Positions 9,414 through 18,530 of a stretch of DNA of 64,000 nucleotides are shown in pieces (position 1 is the first letter of the stretch; the number at the start of each line of letters is the position of its first letter). Origin of the DNA: a virus; IMG/VR virus record IMGVR_UViG_3300021594_000641, positions 64,001 to 128,000 of that record. One strand, written 5' to 3'. Under the pieces are notes generated by a model. That model ran no database searches and had not been told where the DNA came from. It saw only the letters and a program-made list of their open reading frames with translations. The translations under genes and the position numbers were made by a program.

Positions 9414-10346
9414 TCAAGCGAAGTCGGCGCGGGCCAGAGAGTTGGTGTTGCCGATAGCGCCACCAATTGTCTCGTAAGCAAAGAACTCAAGCATGTAAGC
9501 CTTACGCTCGATGTACATTGTGGTGTCTTCGAGGACGTAGGACTTGCCCATGAACTTGGGATCAGCAAACAAGTACATTGAGTCGCTGGGGACCAAGTCT
9601 TGCTTGATGGTGATGATCCAGTTGGCGTTCATGAAGTTCTGCTCAGACCAGCCGTTCTTGAAGACGTCCTGGCTGAAGTCACCACCCATTTCTTCACGAC
9701 CAAACTTCATGATCTCGCGGATCGTGAGGTTGTTCAGAAGAACTGTGCCGGTTTCTAGGCGGCTGATGGTGCGGGGCAGAATCTTGAAAGCCTCTTGGAG
9801 GTTATCACGAGTGATACCGCCGTAGAGGGTTTCCCACTGAACAACGCCGGAGTTGGTGTTGGTGGCGTCGGCGGAGCCGCCCAAGCCAGCATCAACAGAG
9901 GCCAAGAACTTGCGGTCTTCTTCAGCCAGCATGTCCTTGATGGAGTTGTCAGAAAGAACCTGACGGATGTCGATGTAGTACGTCCGTAGTTCGTCAACGT
10001 CCTTGGTGAACCGAGGGGTGACGATACGATCGAAGCTAACGCGATAGCGCTGGCCGCGAATGTACAGGTTCATTGGTAGGGTGGCGAAGGGGATGCTGAT
10101 CGCGGCGGGGGAATCCGGCTCGCGGTCAACAATCTTCACGGGCTTGTCGGTATCAACCTGACGATCGAGATCGTCATTGCTGATCTGGACGGGTGGAAGG
10201 ATTCTGCGGTAGAAGCCTTCTTCACGCATCCTGTACCGGGTGAAGTCATTAACAGCGTCAAGTGCGCGCTTTTCCATGCCTGGGGTTTCCAGGTAGGACA
10301 TGAAGGTCTCGTTGCGCAGCTTGACATCTTCGCTAACTGATGCCAT
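9414..10346 (-). CDS. Major capsid protein (compact HK97 fold)
   Basis: 310 aa, AGGAG RBS, codon style of a highly expressed gene. Follows the scaffold/decoration genes; MREEGFYRRILPP...FDRIVTPRFTKDVDEL...AYETIGGAIGNTNSLARADF. Confidence 0.8.
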   Translation of the reverse strand: MASVSEDVKLRNETFMSYLETPGMEKRALDAVNDFTRYRMREEGFYRRILPPVQISNDDLDRQVDTDKPVKIVDREPDSPAAISIPFATLPMNLYIRGQRYRVSFDRIVTPRFTKDVDELRTYYIDIRQVLSDNSIKDMLAEEDRKFLASVDAGLGGSADATNTNSGVVQWETLYGGITRDNLQEAFKILPRTISRLETGTVLLNNLTIREIMKFGREEMGGDFSQDVFKNGWSEQNFMNANWIITIKQDLVPSDSMYLFADPKFMGKSYVLEDTTMYIERKAYMLEFFAYETIGGAIGNTNSLARADFA

Positions 10347-10382
10347 GTCTAAATTCTCCTGCAGTTACCTTGGGGTTAAGAA

Positions 10383-10961
10383 TTAGTTACCAGTCTTGCC
10401 GGGTTTGTAAACGGGCCAGAACGCCAACACGGTGTTGCGGTCAGACTGACGCTTACGAGGAGCGCGGCTTACAACCCCTACAATCGCTGTGGGGTTGGTG
10501 CTGCTGCTTAGCGAAGATGAGTTTTCCAGAGTTATGACGCTCTGGTTTGTCAAACGACCACCGGTTGTCTGGTTGCTGTTGCTAGCAACAGCGCGCAGGT
10601 AATCGTTAGGGTAGTAAGTCTGAGCGGTGTCGAACTCGGTTGTTTCGAGTTCATAAGCGCCCTTGGCTACCAAACCCGTCAAGTTACCGTCAGGTCCGAT
10701 GGGATACCAGAGAGCTCCGCCGTTTCCGTTGGAGTCGCCAGAATTAGCCACATCGCTATCGGTACTGTTCTGCAGCAAGAAGATAGGCATCTGGGAACCC
10801 AGAACACCCATTTCAAACTCACCGTCGTTGTTCAGGTGAACGCAACGACCAGCGTAAGCTGTGATCGTGACGTTGTCGCTGAGCTTAGCGGTGAAGTCCA
10901 GGGCGGCCATGTGGAACCAGCCCTTAACCGCATCCAAGGTGTGAGCAAACATCTGAGCCAT
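10383..10961 (-). CDS. Probable capsid decoration/stabilising protein
   Basis: 192 aa beta-rich protein directly upstream of the capsid gene (GAYELETTEFD..TYYPNDYL...IVGVVSR). Confidence 0.6.
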   Translation of the reverse strand: MAQMFAHTLDAVKGWFHMAALDFTAKLSDNVTITAYAGRCVHLNNDGEFEMGVLGSQMPIFLLQNSTDSDVANSGDSNGNGGALWYPIGPDGNLTGLVAKGAYELETTEFDTAQTYYPNDYLRAVASNSNQTTGGRLTNQSVITLENSSSLSSSTNPTAIVGVVSRAPRKRQSDRNTVLAFWPVYKPGKTGN

Positions 10962-10985
10962 GTCAAAAACCTCCTAAGGTTAGAA

Positions 10986-11369
10986 TTAACCGTTAAGACC
11001 AAGAACTTCATCGAACCTCAGATCGCTGGCGCGGGCCTGAGAAGAACGCAGGCCAACGTAAGGAGAAGGGGCTGAAGCCTTCTTTTCCTGCACGGCATGG
11101 CCTAGCTGCCGTGGCCTAATGGTGCGATTGGTGTCAGCGGTCTTCTCAAGGATTTCCAGCACTTTGACTGGGTCCTTTAGAAGGGCAGCGCACTTTTCGC
11201 GATCTTTGGGATCAATCCTCTCATGGGCGACTAGGGCGTCGACCACGGCGGGGATGAGCTCAGATGCCTTCTTAGTGGCAGCTTCGCTCTGCTTGATCAG
11301 CTTATCGGCTGCGTCAAGAGCAGCGGCGCTGCACTCGACATAATCAACTACTGCAAGAAGATTGCTCAT
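10986..11369 (-). CDS. Small head protein with K-x-A motifs
   Basis: 127 aa in the head operon; TKKAS, EKTAD, EKKAS. Confidence 0.6.
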   Translation of the reverse strand: MSNLLAVVDYVECSAAALDAADKLIKQSEAATKKASELIPAVVDALVAHERIDPKDREKCAALLKDPVKVLEILEKTADTNRTIRPRQLGHAVQEKKASAPSPYVGLRSSQARASDLRFDEVLGLNG

Positions 11370-11389
11370 GATTACCTCCTAGTTTCGTA

Positions 11390-12670
11390 TCAACCAACGA
11401 TGTCAGCGATGCATTTCTTGATCTCTTCGCGAAGTTGCCGTTGTCCAGCAGTCTTAGCATCAGAGATTCTGAATTTGCCGCTTTTCTGCCTGGCTTTGGC
11501 GGCTTTCATCAAAGTCACAATTTGGTTATTGGACTTGTCAGAAGCCATCTTTGGAGCAGCGCCCATTTCAGGAGGCATAGCCCCTGCACCTTCGCCGCCA
11601 GCAGCCGCTTGCATGATCTCTTCTGGGCTTACACCCATTTCAGCCAAAGCTGACAAGAGTTCATCTACAGCTGCTTGGTCACCACCAGGAACTTCGGCAG
11701 AACCGGCTTCGGGACCTGCTTCTTCGCCTAGCCCACCGGCCATAGCGGCCATGTCGGCATCAGTTAGACCAAGGTCACCGCCGGCTTCGTGAGACTCTTC
11801 GCCGCCTGGAGCGTGCTCAGCAGTCTCCTCAGCGGGGCTCTCCGCAGCTTCGTGCTTTTCTGATTCTTCTGCGCTCTTTACTAGCTGGCGATTAAACTCA
11901 GCTACATAAGCACCAGTCAAATCAGCGGCTTGAAGAGCCCCTCTGATGATATTTTCTGAAGCGGTCTTGAAGAACTCTTCAATCTCGGCTTCGTTGGCTT
12001 CGGCAGGCTGGCCTGCTTGAACAGCTTGGTCGTAACCTACAGCTGCTGCAGTCTTAGCCGCTTCTTCCTTAGTTTCTTTTTGTTCCGTTACCCCTTTCTT
12101 TTTTTTTAAGAGGGGAAAGTCGGCAGAATCAATTTTGCCGTTCTTGTTAGCGTCAATCTTATGCTGATCGCCAACTAATTCAGATTGCTTGGTCAAAGCA
12201 ACTGAAATGTCAGCAATAAGAGCGTTAGCCTTCTTCTCAGTCAAAGACTTTAGCTTTGAGAAGTTCATTGAGCTGTACTTCTCGCCGTCTTCGGTCTTGG
12301 CTGGATGGCTTGTGCCTGGGTCTTCCTTTTCACCCTTGTAGTCGTCTTCGTGGGCTGGGTCTTCGCCAGTCGAAGTAGACTTTAGACCAACATCAAACTG
12401 CTGGTCTTCTTGGTCTGGTGTTGAGTCGGTAGCGGAATCAACGCCGCCGCCAGGAACCTGTGCTTTTACGTCGGCGGTGTTCTCAGAAGAACGAGTGCCT
12501 TCGTGAGCGTCGGCGGTTTGATCGTCCACGCTCTTAACAGGATGGCTGGTTCCGCCTTCGTAGCTACCAGCTTCGGTGTTAGCTTCAGCTTTCTTTTTGC
12601 TAGCTGCAGCCTTCTCCTGCTGTCCTTCTACTTCGGCCAAGAAAGACCTTAGCTCGTCAAATAAAGCCAT
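11390..12670 (-). CDS. Prohead scaffold/core-like protein
   Basis: Acidic, low-complexity protein between protease and capsid genes. Start at MALFDEL (GAGGAG RBS) preferred over 12697. Carries KIDANKNGKIDSADFPLLKKK and many K-x-A sites. Confidence 0.6.
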   Translation of the reverse strand: MALFDELRSFLAEVEGQQEKAAASKKKAEANTEAGSYEGGTSHPVKSVDDQTADAHEGTRSSENTADVKAQVPGGGVDSATDSTPDQEDQQFDVGLKSTSTGEDPAHEDDYKGEKEDPGTSHPAKTEDGEKYSSMNFSKLKSLTEKKANALIADISVALTKQSELVGDQHKIDANKNGKIDSADFPLLKKKKGVTEQKETKEEAAKTAAAVGYDQAVQAGQPAEANEAEIEEFFKTASENIIRGALQAADLTGAYVAEFNRQLVKSAEESEKHEAAESPAEETAEHAPGGEESHEAGGDLGLTDADMAAMAGGLGEEAGPEAGSAEVPGGDQAAVDELLSALAEMGVSPEEIMQAAAGGEGAGAMPPEMGAAPKMASDKSNNQIVTLMKAAKARQKSGKFRISDAKTAGQRQLREEIKKCIADIVG

Positions 12671-12779
12671 TTCAGGACTCCTCGCTAATGGATACAAACC
12701 CGCCGTTCGGTAATGTATACCCTCTATTTAAAATTATCCAAATCACGCACTAAGTCTGCAAGAGTAAATCTTGCAGATT

Positions 12780-14258
12780 TCAAGATAGGTAATTGGAGCG
12801 TACGGCGTGCTCCTTATACCAACTGAAATTCGGTTCGCTCTTGAGCTCATTTAAGAAATATAGCTGGTAAGCAGCATAACGTCTAGCTAGTTGTTCGCTA
12901 TCGTCTGTAGCTGCTGTTTTAACCAGTTCAGAATTTCTAGCTCTAAAACTTGCTTGCTTAGTATTTCCAGACAAAACTTGCTTGAAAATACGCTTTTCAA
13001 ACAAATTAGGTCTTATCGACTTTGAAACTGCTACCTTGTGAGCCCATTGCTGAATCTTTTCGCTTGGGAAAGCCATAGACGGGTCACAAGTTCTTTCTTC
13101 CAAACACTGCTCAAAACTTGCAGAATCACTTATAAGTCTAGAAAAAACGCCTGGAAGCCTTGCTTCTACGTCTTTATAGGACGCAGACTTCAAAATTATG
13201 CTGTTTGAGTCTTTTCCTACCAGGTCTAGCCAGTCTTTTACGCTCAAAGCCACTTTTTCGCGGCTCAAAGCCCTCCAAATCTGCACTCCGGCCATTTTTC
13301 CCATAGGAACGTCGGTCAAAGCCGTTTTCTTATCGTCAAGAATGGTTGAGTCCTTCTGAGACACTCCAAACTTGCCGTTTTCTAGAGAACTTTCCATTTC
13401 TGCAAGTTCGTAGGCAAGTTTGAGCAAAGAAGCTGACCTTTCAGGCATATTTTCAAAACACAGCCTGAAAGGAGCTGTCACACCCATTTCTTCAGCTAAA
13501 AGAGCTCCTCCAGCCACTTGACTGGCGTTAGCCGCCTTCATGTGGCCAAAAACGTAAGCAATTCTGTCGGCGGGTCGATAAACGTCAGAAATATCAAACC
13601 AAGTAGGGTCAGGGTTGTCCACATGCAGTACATGACCATCAGCGGCCACTTTTGTCAGGTTGTTATAGCATCCGCCGTACTTACAGTTTCTTTCTGTGCA
13701 GTAAGTAGACCTGTTAGCGGCTTTGTTGCCACAACCGCTGCAAACGTCAAAAGGAACCCTACAAGCCATGGAAACGCCCCAGTCATTTGAACCGGAGGCT
13801 ATTTTTTGCATTTCCTTGTCAGCAACCAGGCCTTTGTTGCGGTCAGCTGCTTCTTTAGTGCCGTTAAGCGCTACAAGCAGCTCAATACGCTTCATCGCCT
13901 CGTTGAACGCCGACATTTTGATAATGCCATAACTTTTCGCTTCATCTTTATTTTGGTGGTTGCGGTACCACCTAGCGTGTTTGACGAACGTAGGATGGTA
14001 TTTGCGGCAAGTCGCAGACTTGAAACCGTCTCCGTTACGGTTTGGACCGTATGACTCCGTAGCTCCAATAGCAATAAGGTGAACGAGCTGCTCACCTGGC
14101 GCGACGTTGACATCGCGAAGTTTATCAGCGAATTCATGCCCAGCTCTTTTTATAAATGACTTAAGATCGTCGCCGCGAAGCCCGCGACTTGATTGCTTTA
14201 CCATCTCTACAGCTGGTACGCCAAAGTCTTGGGAGTCTGGAGAAGTTATCTTTATCAT
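12780..14258 (-). CDS. Prohead maturation serine protease with a Cys-rich insertion
   Basis: Candidate catalytic His (YRNHQN) and Ser (GVSMAC); CSGC..C...C..C insert; FDISDVYRPADRIA; upstream of scaffold and capsid genes. Confidence 0.65.
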   Translation of the reverse strand: MIKITSPDSQDFGVPAVEMVKQSSRGLRGDDLKSFIKRAGHEFADKLRDVNVAPGEQLVHLIAIGATESYGPNRNGDGFKSATCRKYHPTFVKHARWYRNHQNKDEAKSYGIIKMSAFNEAMKRIELLVALNGTKEAADRNKGLVADKEMQKIASGSNDWGVSMACRVPFDVCSGCGNKAANRSTYCTERNCKYGGCYNNLTKVAADGHVLHVDNPDPTWFDISDVYRPADRIAYVFGHMKAANASQVAGGALLAEEMGVTAPFRLCFENMPERSASLLKLAYELAEMESSLENGKFGVSQKDSTILDDKKTALTDVPMGKMAGVQIWRALSREKVALSVKDWLDLVGKDSNSIILKSASYKDVEARLPGVFSRLISDSASFEQCLEERTCDPSMAFPSEKIQQWAHKVAVSKSIRPNLFEKRIFKQVLSGNTKQASFRARNSELVKTAATDDSEQLARRYAAYQLYFLNELKSEPNFSWYKEHAVRSNYLS

Positions 14259-14267
14259 GGCATCCTC

Positions 14268-15749
14268 TTATTCGTCAAAAAGTGGGAATCCGCCTTTAGT
14301 TGTGGCTCTCTGTATGTCGCCAACTATGGCTTCCAGCTTGTCTCTGCTTAAAGGCTTGGTGTAAAGACCATACCAGTCTTGTTTAGGGTTTTGTTCAAGA
14401 ATATTTTGCAAGAAACTTCCCTGCTCTTTAGCTTTTTCAGGCGTTATTTCCCCACTAGCCAGCTCTGCCTCGGTTCTACCTTTATAAATATTCAATAAAT
14501 TATGCAATTGCCGCATTCTTTCTTGATCTGGACTAGCGTCAACCAGGCTGGGATTAACAGCAGTTGTTCCAGCTAGGGTTAGACCTATTAGCCCAGCTTT
14601 GCTTCCAGCATTTCTAGTTAATCTTGTAATTAAAGGCTCAGACACGTGCGAAGACGACGGCTGAGTGGCTTTTGAGTCTACTAACCTTTGTTTGTGTGTA
14701 GGAGCTCGTCCGCCATAAGCAACGTACTCTCCTACAGTTTGAGGTAGCCGTAATAATGATCCTGCGTTTATTTTAGGGCTTGGAGCTTTAAGATAGCTTT
14801 TTACTAAACCCTCCCTTTCTCCAGAGCCTACTTCTGATAAGCTTTTTACAAAACTTTGTCTTTGAGTTTGATCCATACTTTCAAAGAATTCAGATAATGG
14901 CGAACCGCCCAGCGCTGTTCTTGGATCTTCAACCAATTTTTTCATTTGTTTAGGGTCTGTTATAAATTTTCTAAAACCGCTAGACGGGGATTCCATGTAT
15001 GAAACAAATTCTTTTATTCCTTTATTAAAGTTTGCTTCAGTATTAGGGTTGTTTGGTATTGCACTAGTGGCTGGAAGAGCGTTTTTAAGCGCGGGCCAAA
15101 AAGCCTGTAAGTTTTTCTGAAAGTCAGGCCTAAACATGTATTTCATGTTAGCCTGGCCTCTGTTGAAACCTTCAACACCTTCACCAATGGTCGCAGCGCC
15201 TCCAAACAAGGCAGAACCTAAAGCTGCGGTTGGAGCCAACCTTGCTCTAAAAAAGTTATTAATTATGTTTGTATCCCTTGAAACATCTCTAGCTATTGTT
15301 GCTGTGTCTCTAGCTATTGAGCTATTAGCTGGTCTAGCAGAAGGTAAAATATTTTCTTCTGCTTTCCTTTTTAGCTCTTCAGCAGATTCTGAAGACCTGT
15401 CATACAAAGCTCCGCCGCCGGCACCTAGAGCTGAGCCAAGAAGCCCGAACAAGGCGGCGTCAGAAATAGCCCGCATTTTCTTTTTCTTATGCCGGCTAAG
15501 TCCCAGCAAACCGCCGCCCAAAGCGCCTGCTCCCAGTCCAAGAAGAGCTCCTGGCAATACACTGCTTTTTGCTGCAGGCTTGTTGTCTTCTGCTTCTTTT
15601 GTTAAACCAATTTTTTCATAATAAGCAGCGGCGGAAGTTCTAACACCGTCAGCCCAGTCTGGATAAACTCCGGCTTTCTCCAAAGTGTTAGATTTTTCAG
15701 CAAAAGCTTTCTTTTCAAAAAGAGCTTCTACCGCTTGCTTTACTTCCAT
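14268..15749 (-). CDS. Putative internal head protein with glycine-zipper hairpin
   Basis: 493 aa; K-x-A-rich N-terminus; GALLGLGAGALGGGLLG-basic loop-GLLGSALGAGGG. Confidence 0.6.
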   Translation of the reverse strand: MEVKQAVEALFEKKAFAEKSNTLEKAGVYPDWADGVRTSAAAYYEKIGLTKEAEDNKPAAKSSVLPGALLGLGAGALGGGLLGLSRHKKKKMRAISDAALFGLLGSALGAGGGALYDRSSESAEELKRKAEENILPSARPANSSIARDTATIARDVSRDTNIINNFFRARLAPTAALGSALFGGAATIGEGVEGFNRGQANMKYMFRPDFQKNLQAFWPALKNALPATSAIPNNPNTEANFNKGIKEFVSYMESPSSGFRKFITDPKQMKKLVEDPRTALGGSPLSEFFESMDQTQRQSFVKSLSEVGSGEREGLVKSYLKAPSPKINAGSLLRLPQTVGEYVAYGGRAPTHKQRLVDSKATQPSSSHVSEPLITRLTRNAGSKAGLIGLTLAGTTAVNPSLVDASPDQERMRQLHNLLNIYKGRTEAELASGEITPEKAKEQGSFLQNILEQNPKQDWYGLYTKPLSRDKLEAIVGDIQRATTKGGFPLFDE

Positions 15750-17146
15750 CAGATAACTCCAAGCGTAGGAGACCCTTCGACTTTTCTCTGTAAGGAAGAG
15801 TCGGTATCGCGGTCCTTAAGCTTAGACTCAATACTTAGCAGCTGGTCTATTTCGTAAGGGTCTACGTTATTACCAGAAGCTAGCCTTTTTCTAAGTATTG
15901 ACCGCACTAAAGACTCTTGAGTTGAAGCCCTTGGAGCCAACTCGCTAATTTGGTTGTAGTGATCCAGAACTGCGTCAGGATCATAAGTGCTTATCACATC
16001 GTCGTTTGCCATCAGATCTGTAAGCATCGACTGAGCTTCTATGTTGCGAAGTGTCGCTGCCTGTATTGGATCTGATGTTCTCTTGGCCCAGCTTAGTCTG
16101 GCGTCTGCTGTGCTAGGCACAGACGTAGACATAGCCAGCTCTTTGCCAGCCGCTGTAGCCCCTGCCGCAGGAGAAAGAATATAACCTGCGGCAAGAGCTC
16201 CTAGATTAGACTTCTTTTCAAACGACCCCAGGACCCCAAGGCTCGTTGCTTGGTCCTGGGGTACGACAAAAGGGAGGAGGGTTTCCTCCGACAAGGCAGA
16301 AGCTTTCTTTTGAAATTCTTCAAAAGAAGCCTGCTTTTTCAAATAGTCTTCTGCGTTTTCCAAGCATTCTTTTACTAGGCTGTAAGGCTGCTTGGAGAAT
16401 TCGACCAAAGAAAAGAATTCTTTTCCTGATCCGGCTTGCTTGGTCAAAGACCTGTTTCTTTTCTCAAGTATCGAGAACAGGGCTTCAGCTTTCTTGCCGA
16501 AGATCCTGGTCATGTTGCCTTTTACGCCAAGGAAAGGCTCGCAGTCAGTTTTTCTAAAGTATTCGCCAAGCTTTGTTATAGATCCAACAAGCTTGTCGTG
16601 TGCGGCGGAAGCTACACCTCTTTGGTTATCCAACTCTCTGGCTGCGTCTAGCATTCGGCAGTGAGCTTTCTTCATAGCTTCCACAGGATCTGTGGGAAGA
16701 GGCTCAACGCCAGTGATAGCTTTACCGGCTTTTGTCACAAGAGGTGGCAGCTCAAGTTTTGCGGCTGCCGCTTTCACGTGTCTCTTGTACCAAGTAGGCG
16801 GAGCAGAATATTCTTCTGACACCGCTGTCTCGGTATGAATTTGACTAGCCGTCTTTACAGACTTGGGAAACATTTTCCCAAGAATGTTTTCAGCGTCGGC
16901 TAAATCAAACTCAGCGGCTTTTTCGAATATATCGCCGCCTATTTTTCTTTGAGTTTCGGCTCTGCCTGTATTGAACGCGTTAACCATAAGGTTAACGTGT
17001 CCAGCGGGTAGAGACCTTTCAGAAGCCACTTTTACAATAGCTTCGTCTGGATGCGATCCGTCCGCAACCATCTCAGCTACTTTCTCAAGTGCTTCAGTTA
17101 TGTTTCGCTCAGCTTCTTTGCTAAGCCTATTTATGGCCATTATCAC
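15749..17146 (-). CDS. Putative internal head protein, K-x-A rich
   Basis: 465 aa; SKEAE, EKAAE, VKTAS, VKAAA, TKQAG, KKQAS. Confidence 0.6.
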   Translation of the reverse strand: MIMAINRLSKEAERNITEALEKVAEMVADGSHPDEAIVKVASERSLPAGHVNLMVNAFNTGRAETQRKIGGDIFEKAAEFDLADAENILGKMFPKSVKTASQIHTETAVSEEYSAPPTWYKRHVKAAAAKLELPPLVTKAGKAITGVEPLPTDPVEAMKKAHCRMLDAARELDNQRGVASAAHDKLVGSITKLGEYFRKTDCEPFLGVKGNMTRIFGKKAEALFSILEKRNRSLTKQAGSGKEFFSLVEFSKQPYSLVKECLENAEDYLKKQASFEEFQKKASALSEETLLPFVVPQDQATSLGVLGSFEKKSNLGALAAGYILSPAAGATAAGKELAMSTSVPSTADARLSWAKRTSDPIQAATLRNIEAQSMLTDLMANDDVISTYDPDAVLDHYNQISELAPRASTQESLVRSILRKRLASGNNVDPYEIDQLLSIESKLKDRDTDSSLQRKVEGSPTLGVI

Positions 17147-18077
17147 CCTCCGGCTCAGGCAAGCGCATCTCTTGAATAGGTTCTTCAGTTACCCCGCCGT
17201 TTAAAATTAACCCTATTTCTCTAATCCTCGGTTCAGCAGACCAGCCATCCATATCTTTCATGCAATCAAGTACAGGATGCTTTATCGTACCGTTACCGCT
17301 TGACCAAGGCAAACTAAGCATAACCTCAGTAAGCTTTTTACCTACTAAACCTTCTGATCCAGGTGCCGCGCTAGCCAGCTCTGCCTTCTTATATTCAAGC
17401 GCGATACTCTTTATGTTGTGGGCAGTAAATCCGTTTATTGGTTCAACTATGTTGGCAACTGCGGCTCTCACCGAATTAACCAAACCGTGAGCGTCGTCCA
17501 AAATTCCTTTAATATCATCTTTGGATATTGGATTACGCCCTAGACCTACTAATCCTGTTCTGTTTATGAACGCGCTCAAAATGTCAGGACCGCCGTGATA
17601 GCCATACATCTTCCAGATAAGGTCATAGTCTCTGTCAGAAACCCCTTGGTGTATGGATCTGCCCATCACCACCTGGATTATGTAGCTGGAGCTATCTAGC
17701 CTGTCCCTCACGTTGAAAAATACTTTTTCGTAAAGGTCTATAACTTCAGGGCTGGCAGAAGTCAGCTTAGCTATTTCCTCGTCTGTCTGCCCGCTTAGAA
17801 GCCTGGCTTCTACTTCCCATCTAAGATCAGAAGCCCCATCTTTTGAATACAAAGTATAAGCTTGATGCATCAAAGGATAATCTTCGTATATATCAAGCTC
17901 GTCAAACGTGTCCGATTCTCTTCTGGCAAAGTACTCGTTAGAAAACCGCAAAGCCTCAACTAGAAAAGAATCCGAGTCTGCTGGCTTTAGCCTTTTTCTT
18001 TTTTCTCTGCAGTGGGTAGCTCTCTTCCAACGCCAGTCTGGCGCTCTTAGAAAGCTTTCCTTTACGAGTTCAAGCAT
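17127..18077 (-). CDS. Hypothetical protein with a helix-turn-helix-like segment
   Basis: 316 aa; EARLLSGQTDEEIAKLTSASPEVIDLYE resembles a sigma-region-4/LuxR-type HTH. Confidence 0.5.
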   Translation of the reverse strand: MLELVKESFLRAPDWRWKRATHCREKRKRLKPADSDSFLVEALRFSNEYFARRESDTFDELDIYEDYPLMHQAYTLYSKDGASDLRWEVEARLLSGQTDEEIAKLTSASPEVIDLYEKVFFNVRDRLDSSSYIIQVVMGRSIHQGVSDRDYDLIWKMYGYHGGPDILSAFINRTGLVGLGRNPISKDDIKGILDDAHGLVNSVRAAVANIVEPINGFTAHNIKSIALEYKKAELASAAPGSEGLVGKKLTEVMLSLPWSSGNGTIKHPVLDCMKDMDGWSAEPRIREIGLILNGGVTEEPIQEMRLPEPEGDNGHK

Positions 18078-18517
18078 CAGCCTACGTCCACATCACCACC
18101 GATTACCAAATCCCAGGTAGCGTCACCGCTGCCTACAGGAGTGATTTGGACATAAATTTTCTTAACTGGCAATGTGTATGTTCCGTCTTGGTTACGGAAT
18201 GCGCGTCCAAAGTTGTCTGATATTTCCATAAGCTCTCCGGCTGTTCCGGCAGTTGGAGGAAATACCACATACATGTCTGGAGAAGCTATGCACTTGGCTG
18301 GACCTGAAGGTCCGTCAGAATCTCCAATAGAAGATGAGTTAGGCTGACAAGCGGCCAGAGAGTTATAGACGGTTACTGTAAAGTTAGCCGTCGATCCTCC
18401 AGTCTGCTTGACCAACAACCTCTTTATCTGAGCTTCTGGAGGAAAGCCTATCTGCCAGCAGGTTGTTTGCCCGCATGGCGCACTTAGGCTGCAGACCCTA
18501 CGTTCGTATATACGCAT
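18077..18517 (-). CDS. Hypothetical beta-rich protein
   Basis: 146 aa; its stop overlaps the start of the next gene. Confidence 0.6.
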   Translation of the reverse strand: MRIYERRVCSLSAPCGQTTCWQIGFPPEAQIKRLLVKQTGGSTANFTVTVYNSLAACQPNSSSIGDSDGPSGPAKCIASPDMYVVFPPTAGTAGELMEISDNFGRAFRNQDGTYTLPVKKIYVQITPVGSGDATWDLVIGGDVDVG

Positions 18518-18530
18518 CGTTAGCTCCTAA

